A DNA stretch of 64,000 nucleotides from the NCBI RefSeq assembly GCF_009914755.1, contig NC_060927.1, one strand, 5' to 3'. How positions within the stretch are numbered: position 1 is the first letter of the stretch; each line of letters starts with the position of its first letter. The notes beneath the pieces were generated by a model. That model was not told where the DNA came from and searched no databases. It saw nothing but the letters and a program-made list of their open reading frames with translations. Below, one piece after another: positions 52,806 to 64,000 of this stretch. This DNA is from the human T2T-CHM13v2.0 reference genome, Homo sapiens. The position numbers were made by a program, and so were the translations under genes.

Positions 52806-53528
52806 AGAGATCATGTGGAAGAGAACTCAGGGAGGAGAAACTTCCCAAAATAGGGGGCATTTTAGGGCTTATCTGCTCCAATTCTCTTTGCTCAGTAGCC
52901 GTGTACTCCAGTTACGCTATGCAACATGAAAATTTACATAAACATGAATTACTATAAAAAACAGGAGGGAGACTATTGAGGTGTAAGCAAGCAGATGTAA
53001 AAAATCCTTAAGGATGAATACTTGTAGCACTATTTTTGTAACCCTATCAGAGCCAGAATCTAGGTGATCCAACTTACAGCAATATTAAGGTTTACAAAAA
53101 ATTTCCAACAACCAAAGCATAATTTCAAAATAACTCTAAAGTCTTCTCCCTGCATTTTTCAAATACCATAAAAAATACTTTTTAGTGCTGTTTCCTTTCC
53201 ATGCCATCCCTCACACACCATGATAGTCCTGTGCTTTTCTATCCAAATGTCATGAAAATTTTCCGCTCCCAGGTGGAATAATTAACTCTTGCTCTTCTGT
53301 TTTCTCTCCACCTTGTGAAAATAATTGATGCTGTAGCCAAGTCATTATGTTCTAGGCCACAGAGTCACCCAACTCCCACTACCACAATTTATAGTCACAT
53401 AAAAATGCTAACCAGTACACTCAGTTGGATTAGTTATTTTTCTACCTCACTGTGTTTGGGAACAAAAATCAATCATTAACATATAAGTGTCCCAGTCATT
53501 TTTTCTTTTCTCTTACCCACTGAAAGAG

Positions 53529-53893
53529 TGCTATGGTCTACACATTTCCCTCCCCTCCAAATTCATGTGCTGAAATCTCCACTCTAAGGTTCTGGTATTA
53601 GGACTAGGGCCTGTGGAAGGTGATTAGGTTATGAGAATGGATCCCTCATGAATAGGACTAGTACCCTTATAAAAGAGACCTGAGAGATACCTCTCACTCC
53701 TTCTACCATGGGAAGACACAGCAAGAAGGTGCCCTCTATGAATAAAAAGTGGGCCCTCACCAGACACCAAATCTACTGGCACCTTGATCTTAGGCTTCTC
53801 AGCCTCCGGAACTATGAGAAATATCCATATTTTTTGTGTATAAACTACTCAGTTTATCGTGTTTCCTTATAGCAAACCAAACCGTCTAAGGCA
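53529..53893 (+). mobile_element. MLT1A0 solo LTR
   Basis: tgctatggtct...ccctcaccagacaccaaatctactggcaccttgatcttagg...ctaaggca. Confidence 0.9.
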
Positions 53894-55444
53894 AGTGGAT
53901 AAGGCCTTGCCGATTAGTTTAGTGTCCTCACCAGCCCCTCAAGTTCACTGTGTGTTTATAATAGCAGAGTGGCCCTGAATTATTATACCTGAATAATTCA
54001 AGGCACTGCCTTGAGTCTAACCCACCAGGCCTTACAATGATGTTGTAAATACCTGATTCCCTGAATGTCTGCCAAATAAAGACAGAATCATTTATATTTT
54101 TTAAAACTAAACCCCAACTTACTCAAACTTGATCAAAAATTTCTCATGCATACTAAATCCTGGATCATAAAGCTAGACTAAAGGAAAAAGAAAACTGTAT
54201 ATGTGGATGTTTGGGCCCTTAAGATAATTCTCAAATCTGTGCCAGTGAATGGGGATGGAAGAAGAATCTGAAGGTGTCCCTGGTGTTGGCAGGTTTAACT
54301 CTGTGCTGTTTACTGGGTAATTGTACATGCTAATACATTTGTCTGTTCCCATGAACATTTAACAGGATACTGTAGTCGCAGATAACTGAGCATTAGATAA
54401 ATTTGAATTAATTAAGTTAGAAGCACAGATGAGTTCTTATTTGGGGTCCTTTCAGAGCACCTAGCATAATATTTTGCTGCCCAATAAAATCCTGTTGAAA
54501 TAAATTATTCAACAGAAAAATCTCAGTCTCCCAAAGGAACAAATTTGAAGCTAGTTATATCCATTTAAAAATGCTTTTACTACCCTCACCTCATCCCCTG
54601 TATAAGGCTTGTAAAATTCAAACACTGGGTATTTTACTTTCTGTAAATTTTTTTATTTGTTTAAGTTTTAAGGTCTTTTAAAATCTTGTTTCATATACAT
54701 TATCACATACATTAGAAAAACATAAATTTCCAATTTTAAACTGTTAGAAGAAAACGAGCATGACAAGAACCCACTAAAGACACTGCATACTAAAATATAA
54801 AAAAGGCAAAAACATTTGCACATAAAATATTAAATTTCTTCTTTCCTACTAGGGAGAAGTCTCCATGGATTTTCTGAAGTCAAAGCCACCAGGTTAATTA
54901 AAGTTTTAATGATGTAATCTAGCTCTCTTTAGAGCGACTCTCTTCTTTCTTTGAGCCTTTTGTGTTTTACATTATAAATGTAAAACTTGCTTCAGCAACT
55001 CTGGGAACAACTTGGTTATTGATCTTCCAAAACCCATTACTTGAGATTTGTCCTTTTAGCTCCATGGCAGAATATATAACGTCTACCTGGGAGTCGTTGA
55101 AAGCCTACCTGCTATTTGAAATAAAAATCAAGACATTATACAACTGTAAAGAGGAAGAAGGTCTGAAAAAGAAGTAAGGAAAGAATCAATGGCCCTTTGG
55201 CCTCCTTTTACATCCCATCTTTGCAAAATGGTAATTATCTCACATCTTTGCCCCATTTAGGACAGAGCTCATGTCTTCTTGTCTTGAAGAGCAGCATCAG
55301 AGCAGAACAGTTGTGTGTTGCTTCTCCTTCATCCTTCTCATAGTACTGGCTTCCGTTCCAATTGGAGTACAGCACTTATGTGAAGAATTGCTGTTAGTCA
55401 CTTACACATTGCATATATTTCTATAGCTAGATTGTGACCTCCTC

Positions 55445-55833
55445 AATCAGAGGAGTCCCTCAACAGCTAATAGAGATAGAGATTAGATTGCAGGAAGGTT
55501 ACTGAGGAATACTCTGAGAACACTACCTGAGGAAGAGAAGGGAAGAAGTAGAACTGGGCAAAAGGAACAGTGGGGCTGCAGTGCAGTCTCAATGAAGCCA
55601 ACCCTGTGGAGATCTCTGAAGCTGGGATGGCCGTTTAGGGATAACACTTCAGACCAATCATTATATATGGGCCACTATGAGAAGGGGGTATGGCCTTAAA
55701 TGAGGCAGCTCTCACTAGCTGAGTCCATTTCTAATGAGGGCTGACAGTTGAAGGCTGTCAGCCAGCAGCACCCACAACAGGTGGCTAGAGTTAAGACCTT
55801 TAGTCTTGAACAGGCACCATAGCATCCACTATG
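55445..55833 (-). mobile_element. LTR16-type (ERVL) solo LTR
   Basis: ctctgaagctgggatggcc...aggcagctctc...gctgacagttgaaggctgtcagccagcagca...agcatccacta. Confidence 0.7.
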
Positions 55834-57029
55834 TTATTTTATGTGTTGCTCCTATTCCTAGTTTTCTAGTACTGGGCATAGAATATTGTGTGTTGAATGA
55901 ATCTGTTCAATTGAATTATTCTGCACCAAAGAGAACGTAGCCAGAGATGGGATTTGCCATACTGCAGCCTTAGGCACCCTAAACCTTGCAACGTTCACTA
56001 TCTCAGGAATTACAGTGCAATCGTTGTGAATGATCTGGGGTGACAGTCTCAAGAATTCTGAGAAGGAGTGGAGTGCTCTAAGAATTTTAGTTGGCATTAA
56101 TAGATAACAGATCTTATGCTGGTATCATTCCCTATCAAATAAATATTTTAGAGTAAAGTATGTCTGCACTAGAGTAGAAGACTTGGGCAGTTTGTAAGGA
56201 CACTTTCTCCAAGGTCTAAGTAAGGTCATAGTCAAGAAGAATATGATGCCCTTCATCCAGCAACTCCATCTGGGAGGTGGCGAGGGGCTCTTTTTGCAAA
56301 TGACTTGCCTGGCTTGAGTGTGCTCGCTTTTCATGCAAATGCTAGAACGTGTTTGGCTCTGAGCTACCTCCTGTAACGCAATGGGGAGACAATGGAGAGA
56401 CCAGCCATGTAATGAATCTCCCTTGAGATAAAAGAGAAGCATGATGAGAGCTCTTGTGGCTTTTGTAAGCATCTGTACGTAATAAAGCTAGTAACCGTCT
56501 ACAAATGTTGTAACACATGTGTGTTTCTGTGTGTGTGTGTGTGTGTATACGCATATATATTTCTAACTGTAATATAGAAAGAATTGTGGTACAATGCTGG
56601 GTAATAATGTTCCTTTCATTGGATTCAATGATTCAAATGATCCAAATGGTATATACCAGAGTCCAAAGAGCACAGGATACTGTTCTTTAAAAATGGAGCT
56701 ATGAAAATGTGCCTCCCATGCAGAAATTCAGTTCCTCTGTATTAGGACAATTAAGGTTCCAGGGGCTAGTGAAATGGAAGCTTGAATTCAGTGGTCCATT
56801 TCCTAGAGAAGATCTAGGTGCAAAAGTAATAGGGAGTCTCCTATGAAAGTTTTACCTGTGGGGTGGCCTGAAAAAGAGCCAAGACCTCCAGTGGAGGAAA
56901 GGCAAAGTACTCTGGAGAAAGTGACTTCTATCGCCCAACACAGAGATAGGACTTGAAGAGACTGCACTGAACACTGCCTCGCAGACCTAGAGACATACAT
57001 AATGACCTGGCGCCTGCCTGCCTTTTCAC

Positions 57030-57374
57030 CTATGGCCAAGATGGGTTAGTTGCCACCAAAGACTCACACTCACTTTCCATAGCGTAGAGTTATTGCTGGG
57101 AAGCAGGTGCCATCCAGGACTATATTTTTTAGCACCCCTTGTTTCCAGGTAGGACCAAACGACTGATTTCTGGCAAATAAAATATGGATAGAAGTGATGC
57201 ATATTACTCCAAACCCACCCCATAAAAATCTTCCACCACAATTATCCCCGTTCTTGTCTCCTTTATTGTTTAACGATAGCCAGTATAATGAGCAAGAAAT
57301 ACGTTTTTATCATGTTAAACCACTGAGATTTTGTTATTATTTCATATGACAGTTAATTAATCTTGACTAATACA
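57030..57374 (+). mobile_element. MLT1H-like LTR
   Basis: aatgagcaagaaatacgtttttatcatgttaaaccactgagatttt...cttgactaataca. Confidence 0.7.
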
Positions 57375-57644
57375 GCAAGAGAGTAACAATTCAATGCAAA
57401 AGGATTGGTCAGTGTCCAATGCATCCGAAGTCCAGTAAGATGAGAACAGAGCATTGGATCTGGCAGTATGGAAATTGTTGGTCACTTTATCAAACAGAGT
57501 TTGAGCAGAACGGAGGAAAGGGAAACCAAATTGAAGTGAATGGAGGAAAATGTAGGAGATGAGAAGTGGAAAGAAACACTATGGGCAATTCTTTTAATAA
57601 GGGTTGCTATGAAGGGGAGCAGAAAACTAGATGGCAGGAGCTGG

Positions 57645-58110
57645 GGATAGAGATAGAGCTAGATAGAGATTGAGATGGAAATAGTGATAGAGATGGAGAT
57701 GAAGAGAGATAGAGATAGAAATAAAAATAGAGATGGAGATGGAAATAGAATTAGAGATGGAGGTAGATAGAAATAGAGATAGAGATGGAGATAAAGATAG
57801 AAATACTGATGGAGATTGAGATGGAGGTGAGGTGGAGGTGGAGGTAGAGATAGAGATGGAGAGGGAGATGAAGATAGAAATACTGATGGAGATTGAGATG
57901 GAGGTGAGGTGGAGGTGGAGGTAGAGATAGAGATGGAGATGGAGATAAAGATAGAAATACTGATGGAGATTGAGATGGAGGTGAGGTGGAGGTGGAGGTA
58001 GAGATAGAGATGGAGATGGAGATAGAAGTGGAGATGGAGACAGAGATAGAGATGAAGATGGAGATGGTAGTGAAGACTGAGGTGGAGGTAGAAATAGAGA
58101 TGATAGGGAG
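57645..58110. repeat. Purine-rich (GAGATG/GAGATA)n repeat with a 77 bp higher-order unit
   Basis: aaatactgatggagattgagatggaggtgagg recurs at 57801, 57878 and 57955. Confidence 0.95.
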
Positions 58111-58624
58111 ATTGGAGATTCAGAACATGTTAGTATCCTGCTGAAAATGAGATGGTGACTCCACTGTAACATGGTTAGGAAACTGAAATGGTTATCTTCA
58201 CGCTGGCAGGGCAAACCAACCTACTCCAAGGATGCTCACTTACCACATCCACTGTTACTTCACTTACTCAAATGTGCACATCTCTGATGTTTGCTACCCC
58301 TGCCTGTCTCTATCAGCACAGAGAAAGAACATGTCAGACAGCATCCCCTCTCTTTCCCCAAGACCATCAAGTGTGTGTCTAACTGTTAAAATGACTATTT
58401 TTAATAATCAGACACCTCTGAATGAAAACTTGTTGGGATAGAAAGGTCATCAGGTTTGGAATCAGAAAGACTGGATTTTGTCCTGGCCGTGCTGGTTCTA
58501 CAAAATTTTAAATCTTGGAAAAGTCAATCAGCACATTTGATTTCATCAAAAAGATGTCAAAAGATCATTACCTACCTTACAGGACTCTGATAAGTTCATA
58601 TGAAACTTAATCAAAAACAAGTAT

Positions 58625-59645
58625 GAACATGGGGTGTTTGATTTTCTGTTTCTTCATTAGTTTGCAAAGGATAATGGTATCTAGCTCCATCCATGTTCCT
58701 GCAAAGAACATGATCTCATTCCTTTTTGTGACCGCATAGTATTCTACGGTGTAAATATACCACATTTTCTTTATCCAATCTGTAATTGATGGGCATTTAA
58801 CTTGTTTCCGTGTTGTATCACTCTGTTCTCACCTTGTTATAAAGACATACCTGAGACTGGGTAATTTATAAAGAAAACAGGCTTAATTGACTCACAGTTC
58901 CTCATGGCTGGGGAGGCCTCAGGAAACGTGCAATAATGGTGAAAGGGGAAGCAGGCACATCTTACGTGGCAGCAGGCGACAGAGAGTGAGCAAGAGCAGG
59001 GAAAGCTGCCTTATAAAACCATCAGATCTTGTGAGAACTCACTCAATATCATGCGAACAGCATCAAGAAACCACCCCCATGATCCAATCATCTCCCACAT
59101 TTTCCCTCCCTTGACGTGTGGGGATTACGGAGATTACAATTTGAGATGAGATTTGGGTGCGGACACAGAGCCAAACCATATCACATGTCTTTGCTATTGT
59201 GGATAGTGCTGCAATGAACATTCACATGCATGTGTTTTTATGATAGAAAGATTTATATTCCTTTAGGTATATGCCCAGTAATGGAATTGCTGGATCAAAT
59301 AGCAGTTCTGCTTTTAGCTCTTTGAGGAATTGTCACACTGCTTTCCACAATGGTTGAACTAATTTACACTCTCACCAACAGTGTGTAAGTGTTCCCTTTT
59401 CTCCACAACCTTGGCAGCATCTAAATAATGAGAACTCATGGACACAAAGAAGGAACAACAGACGCTGGGGCGTATTTGAGGGTAGATGGTGGGAGGAGGA
59501 AGAGGAGTAGAAAAAATAACTATTGGATACTAGACTTAGTACCTAGGTGATGAAATATTCTGTACAACAAGCCCCTGTGACATGGGTTTACCTATATAAA
59601 GAAGCCCGCAAAGGTACCCCAAACCTAAAATAAAACTTAAAAAAA
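58625..59645. mobile_element. 5'-inverted L1PA (older PA subfamily) 3' fragment
   Basis: Minus-strand segment 58625-59420 joined to a plus-strand 3' end 59421-59645 with poly(A); flanks aacaagtatg / aaaaggtatg. Confidence 0.9.
58814..59183 (-). mobile_element. THE1 (C/D-type) solo LTR nested in the L1
   Basis: tgtatca...ggacacagagccaaaccatatca, TSD cgtgt/catgt. Confidence 0.95.
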
Positions 59646-59966
59646 GGTATGGAAAAATAATTTGAAAACATTAAAATGCTCTAAGATTTTATTGATAATT
59701 CATTTAGAAAATAATTATTGTGTTTGTTTGTTTATTTATTTATTGTGTTTCTAGCAAGGGGCTAGGCACACAGCTAAGATACAGGGGCCTCATGGAGTTT
59801 ACAGCGTAGTAGGAGAGACACACAAAAAACAAATGAATAAATAATTACAGCCAGTGATCAGTTCTATGCCATAAGCAAACAAGAAACTAAAATAGAGAAG
59901 GAGAGCTATCTAGGTAAGGTGATCAGAGAAAACTTGTTTGAAAAGGTGACCTTTAAACTAAGAGTT

Positions 59967-60304
<338 letters not shown>

Positions 60305-60833
60305 TAAACTAAGAGCTAAAGGTTGAGAAGGAACTGAGCTATACGAAGAAGAGGATGGTGACAGTAATTCCTTGATACCATCAAATATCTGGCCAGCTTT
60401 CCAATTATTCTGCTTGTTTCACAATTCCTTGGATCAGATCAGGATCTAAACAGGTTTAATAACTGGAATCTTGTGACTCTTAAGTCTCTTAGAATCCATA
60501 CATTTCCCTTCTTCTTCTTTGCTTCCAAACAATAACTGTGTTGTTTGCCTTGAAGAGTTTCCCACAGGCTGAATTTTGCTGTTGGCATCTCTGTGGTGAC
60601 ATTGTTTGCCTTGCTCCTCTGCTCCCTGTATTTCCTGTCAGCTGATAGGTTGATCCTGCTTGACTGATTCAGGATCAATATTCTGACAAAAATTCCTCAT
60701 AGGTGGTTTTGCGTATTTCCATCAGGAAACACATACTGTTTAGTTGCTTCTTTTTTTGTGATATTAGCAGTCACTGATGATCACGCCTCACTTGGTTATT
60801 TCCTTAAGATTGCAAAACAATGGTGCTATAATC

Positions 60834-61019
60834 CAGTAGTTCTCAAAGGGTGGTGGTCACTGACTGGTAATATCACCATCACCTGTGAACTTCTTAGAAA
60901 TGCACATTTTCCAGCCCCACCCCAGACTTACTGAACCATAACTCTAGGGTGGGGTCCTGCGTCTTTTCTTAACAAGCCTTCTGGGTGATTCTAATGCACG
61001 CTGGTATTTGAGAACCATT
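60834..61019 (+). mobile_element. MER5A
   Basis: cagtagttctcaaag...atcacctgtgaacttcttagaaatgca...tttgagaaccatt. Confidence 0.88.
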
Positions 61020-62189
61020 CTCTAGTTCTACCATTTATTTTTTATTGATTAGCTGGACAGCTTCTGTAAAGAGAAACATCGCCTCACCAATTCTCTGGTT
61101 ACCTTGACACAGTTCATGTAGCAAAAGCCAGTTAAATGCTTGGCTCTTCCTTTTATTTACCAATTTTCGGAGTAATGAGTTGTCTTCCCAAACATTCTTT
61201 TGAAGGTGCCTGCATGGAGGTAACAAAAGAGGAGAGCTACTCAGTTTGCTTCTTATTTGTGGGGTTCTGTTGGCTCCAGCAAAAGGAAGGATGCTGTGAT
61301 GATGGAGAATCTGAGCATAAGATCTTGCAAAGGAAGTACCCACAAGTGCCAGCAGCCTGGGCACCCAAGGAAATCAAGCACTTGCCATTTTATAGCACTT
61401 CCGATCTGCCTTCCCTACAGGTGTATGTTACACAATACGTGCCAGGTTTCATTAATCCAATTTCCTGTCCCTATGCAAAGGCAAGAAGGGCCCTAATCAT
61501 GATCAATACCCTTACTCTGATGACAAACAAAAACAGATGAGCCTGTGAGGCCTGGCTGGTATTTGTAATTACTGCCTCTGTAGGCATTCAATTACAGCTA
61601 ATGACAGGCACTCCCCTCACTGACAGAGGAGCATTTATACAGGCTCCCTCACTTGGCACGCAGTTGACAACAGGTCTCTTTTCCTTCCTCCTCTGACTTC
61701 AGTTCGCTGCACCAGCACAGTTTCCTGGGATATGGAACCTCTAAATGCTATGCCACCTCCTGTAATGGAATTTTCAAGGAAGAAGTCCATTTTGCTCATC
61801 ATAATGCCATCTTGTTGAGCCACCCCTGGGCCTGCATATGGCCTGTCAGCATGATTCATTGATGTGCTGTGACTCAGGTGGGTTGTGCAAAAGCAGGGAG
61901 GTGAGCTCAGGTGAGCAGCACTGCTTGTCAGCTCTCCACTAAAAGCTTTTACTTACAAGCCTGGCAGCAAGAAGGCAGCACAGGCAGGAGCTTCTGCTTT
62001 TCGATATTCCAGATGAGGATGTATAAAAGTGTGTGCATGGTATACTTTTTAAAAATTGAAACAGATGTCATTAAGGGACAATCAATTCTGTTTCCTTTGC
62101 TGTGGAGCTAAGTATAGAGGATAGCTGTTGAATGACTGACTAGCATCCATTTCCACTGATTGCATCTTTAGGGACCATCCCTTAGAGTG

Positions 62190-62551
62190 GACACTGGTGG
62201 TACCTTGGCAAGACCCTTTTGCTGGGCCATGCAGCTATCCCTGGCTGCTGTGTGTTGGCAGGTAACAACTCACAGCTATCACATTCTCTAAAAAAATGTA
62301 CTCGGCCAAACAGAGCTGCCTTCCTCTGCCACCACTAGACCTCTGCCAATGACTGACAGGCATGGGAACACAAAAAGCAGCCCCCTTTGCCTTACTTAGT
62401 GAGATCACCTTGAAGCTAGTCTTCACCTGAAACCACATTCTTGTGTAGTATTGTCCCCCTTCTCTGGAGCACAACTCTCCCCGCAGCAACCCAATCAATC
62501 TAGTGAGAATTCCTCTTTCAGGTTCTGCCTCCAGCAGGCCTTAATAAGACA
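62190..62551 (+). mobile_element. LTR16A-like (ERVL) solo LTR, flanked by old MLT1-like sequence
   Basis: gctgctgtgtgttggc...ccaatgactgacaggcatgggaacacaaaaag...caggttctgcctccag...taagaca. Confidence 0.6.
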
Positions 62552-62762
62552 CCATTCTCCAAACATTCTCAAGATGGAAAGGGACTGATCCCACCCCAGC
62601 TGCAGCACTCAATCAAAGCATTGCCTTCCTCTTAAGCATTGATGAATGGTTCAGGGATGGGCATGGGACCAACGCCAGGCCAATGACAGTCATATCTTGG
62701 AGAGGTAGGAACTAGGAAGCTAAGGAAGGAAAGCTCTTTTGGAACTAGTGGAAGTTGTTATT

Positions 62763-62988
62763 CAGGGCTGGAACTAGGGTGAAGTGAGCAAGACACTGCT
62801 CGCATGCAAAATCTAAAGTGGGTTATTTAAAAACTCAGGAATCAAGTAAAAGTTTAACTTTTTAAAAAATAAAAAATAATGCATGAAAATATAATAAACA
62901 ACACATCAAAGTTTAAAACAAAGATAGGATCTGGATTATGCTGATTTTTCCTTTTGCCTGAGGCTTCAGTAGGCTCAATACGGCACTG
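62763..62988. mobile_element. hAT-Tip100-like element (ORSL-like)
   Basis: cagggctggaactagggtgaagtgag...aaaaactcaggaatcaag...ttttgcctgaggct...ggcactg. Confidence 0.55.
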
Positions 62989-63307
62989 TAACTTTGCCAC
63001 CACTCTGGAGAGTCTGCTGACAATCCAGCCAAGACTGAGGAAAACAGAGCCAAGAGATGTGAAAAGATAAATTCCTGTTGACATACAAACTACCACATGG
63101 GATAGTGGTGAGGATTAAATAAGTTAATGCATGCAAAGCCCTTAAACATAGCCTAGCTCAGAGTAAGCCCAAGATAAATGTTGTTATGGTTTCTACTGTT
63201 GTCTCTTCTGTTGGAATTAATCTCTGCCTCCTCTGAACAACAACGGCATTATCTCATCACCATGTCTGTTCTCAAGTTCTACTCAGTAACAAGGGAGTAT
63301 ATGGTGC

Positions 63308-63420
63308 TAGGTAAGTAGGTAGGTTGGTTGGTTGGTAGGTAGGTAGATAGATATAATAGGTAGATAACAGAAAGGTAAGTAAAGGTAGATATAGGTAACA
63401 TAGATAGATACAGAGATAGA
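63308..63420. repeat. (TAGG/TAGA)n tetranucleotide repeat
   Basis: Read directly from the sequence. Confidence 0.85.
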
Positions 63421-63451
63421 AAAAATATAGTTATAAAGAGATACCTAAATG

Positions 63452-63611
63452 TGGGCATGATGGTGGGTACCTATAATCTCAGCTACTCAGAAGGCTGAGA
63501 CAAGAGAATAGCTTGAACCTGGAAGGCGAAGGTTGAGTGAGCCAAGATCCCGCCATTGCACTCCAGCTTGGGCGACAAGAGAGAAACCTCTGTCTCAAAT
63601 AAAAAAGAGAG
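63452..63611 (+). mobile_element. 5'-truncated Alu (right monomer only, Sp/Sq-like)
   Basis: TSD agagatacctaaatg (63437-63451) / agagatagctaaatg (63612-63626). Confidence 0.92.
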
Positions 63612-64000
63612 AGAGATAGCTAAATGATAGATAGTCCTATTTTTATTAGTTTCCTATCTCCTTGGGATAGGAATAATTTATTAACTTTCACTTACATTCC
63701 TTTTCCAAAAGTCTAGGACTCAGTCCAATGCTTCTCACACACAAGCTATTATTTGTGTTAGCAGAAGGAAAGAAGATTGACATGAGAAAAGAGCCTGAGA
63801 AAACATCTATAAATCATGGGTCTTGTATCTTCTAGGGAGCCTACTGCAAATTATAGTATTAGATGTTGTGATATTTCTTACTGTGCATATTCCGACAGCT
63901 AAACTTGAGATTGCATAGTCTTAGCCACAGGAAGTATATCTCTCTTGTTCCTGCACTTATTCAAATCCTGCCAGTCATTGAGAACTGACTCAAGTACTGC

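Noticed and set aside
55740-55762. Palindrome gctgacagttgaaggctgtcagc
   Set aside because: It lies inside the LTR16-type element and appears to be an ordinary part of it.
57627-58214. Longest ORF (195 aa, minus strand)
   Set aside because: It is the translation of the GAGATG simple repeat (SP/HL/IS runs), which stays stop-free because of low complexity.

Overview
This 64 kb window is AT-rich primate (human-like) non-coding genomic DNA, either intronic or intergenic; AluY, AluS, AluJ, THE1, MADE1 and L1PA copies place it in the primate lineage. I find no supportable protein-coding gene, RNA gene, CpG island or CRISPR array. The supplied ORFs are decayed L1/Alu sequence, simple repeats or chance frames. 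Much of the window is transposon fossils: a large minus-strand old L1 (1-5060), other L1 pieces, about 10 Alus, MIR and L2 fragments, MaLR/ERVL solo LTRs, and hAT and TcMar DNA transposons, many with readable target-site duplications (TSDs). All family names come from recalled consensus sequences and need RepeatMasker/Dfam confirmation. The most notable items are: an indel-free 198 bp local duplication of apparently unique DNA 880 bp apart, with clustered C/T differences; an ancient RTE-clade (L4-like) LINE fossil; a twin-primed 5'-inverted L1PA containing a THE1; templated-insertion repair scars; structurally odd Alus; a close inverted Alu pair; a 77 bp higher-order VNTR; and several repeat-free islands with enhancer-like motif clusters. 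I could not support a new biological system here.
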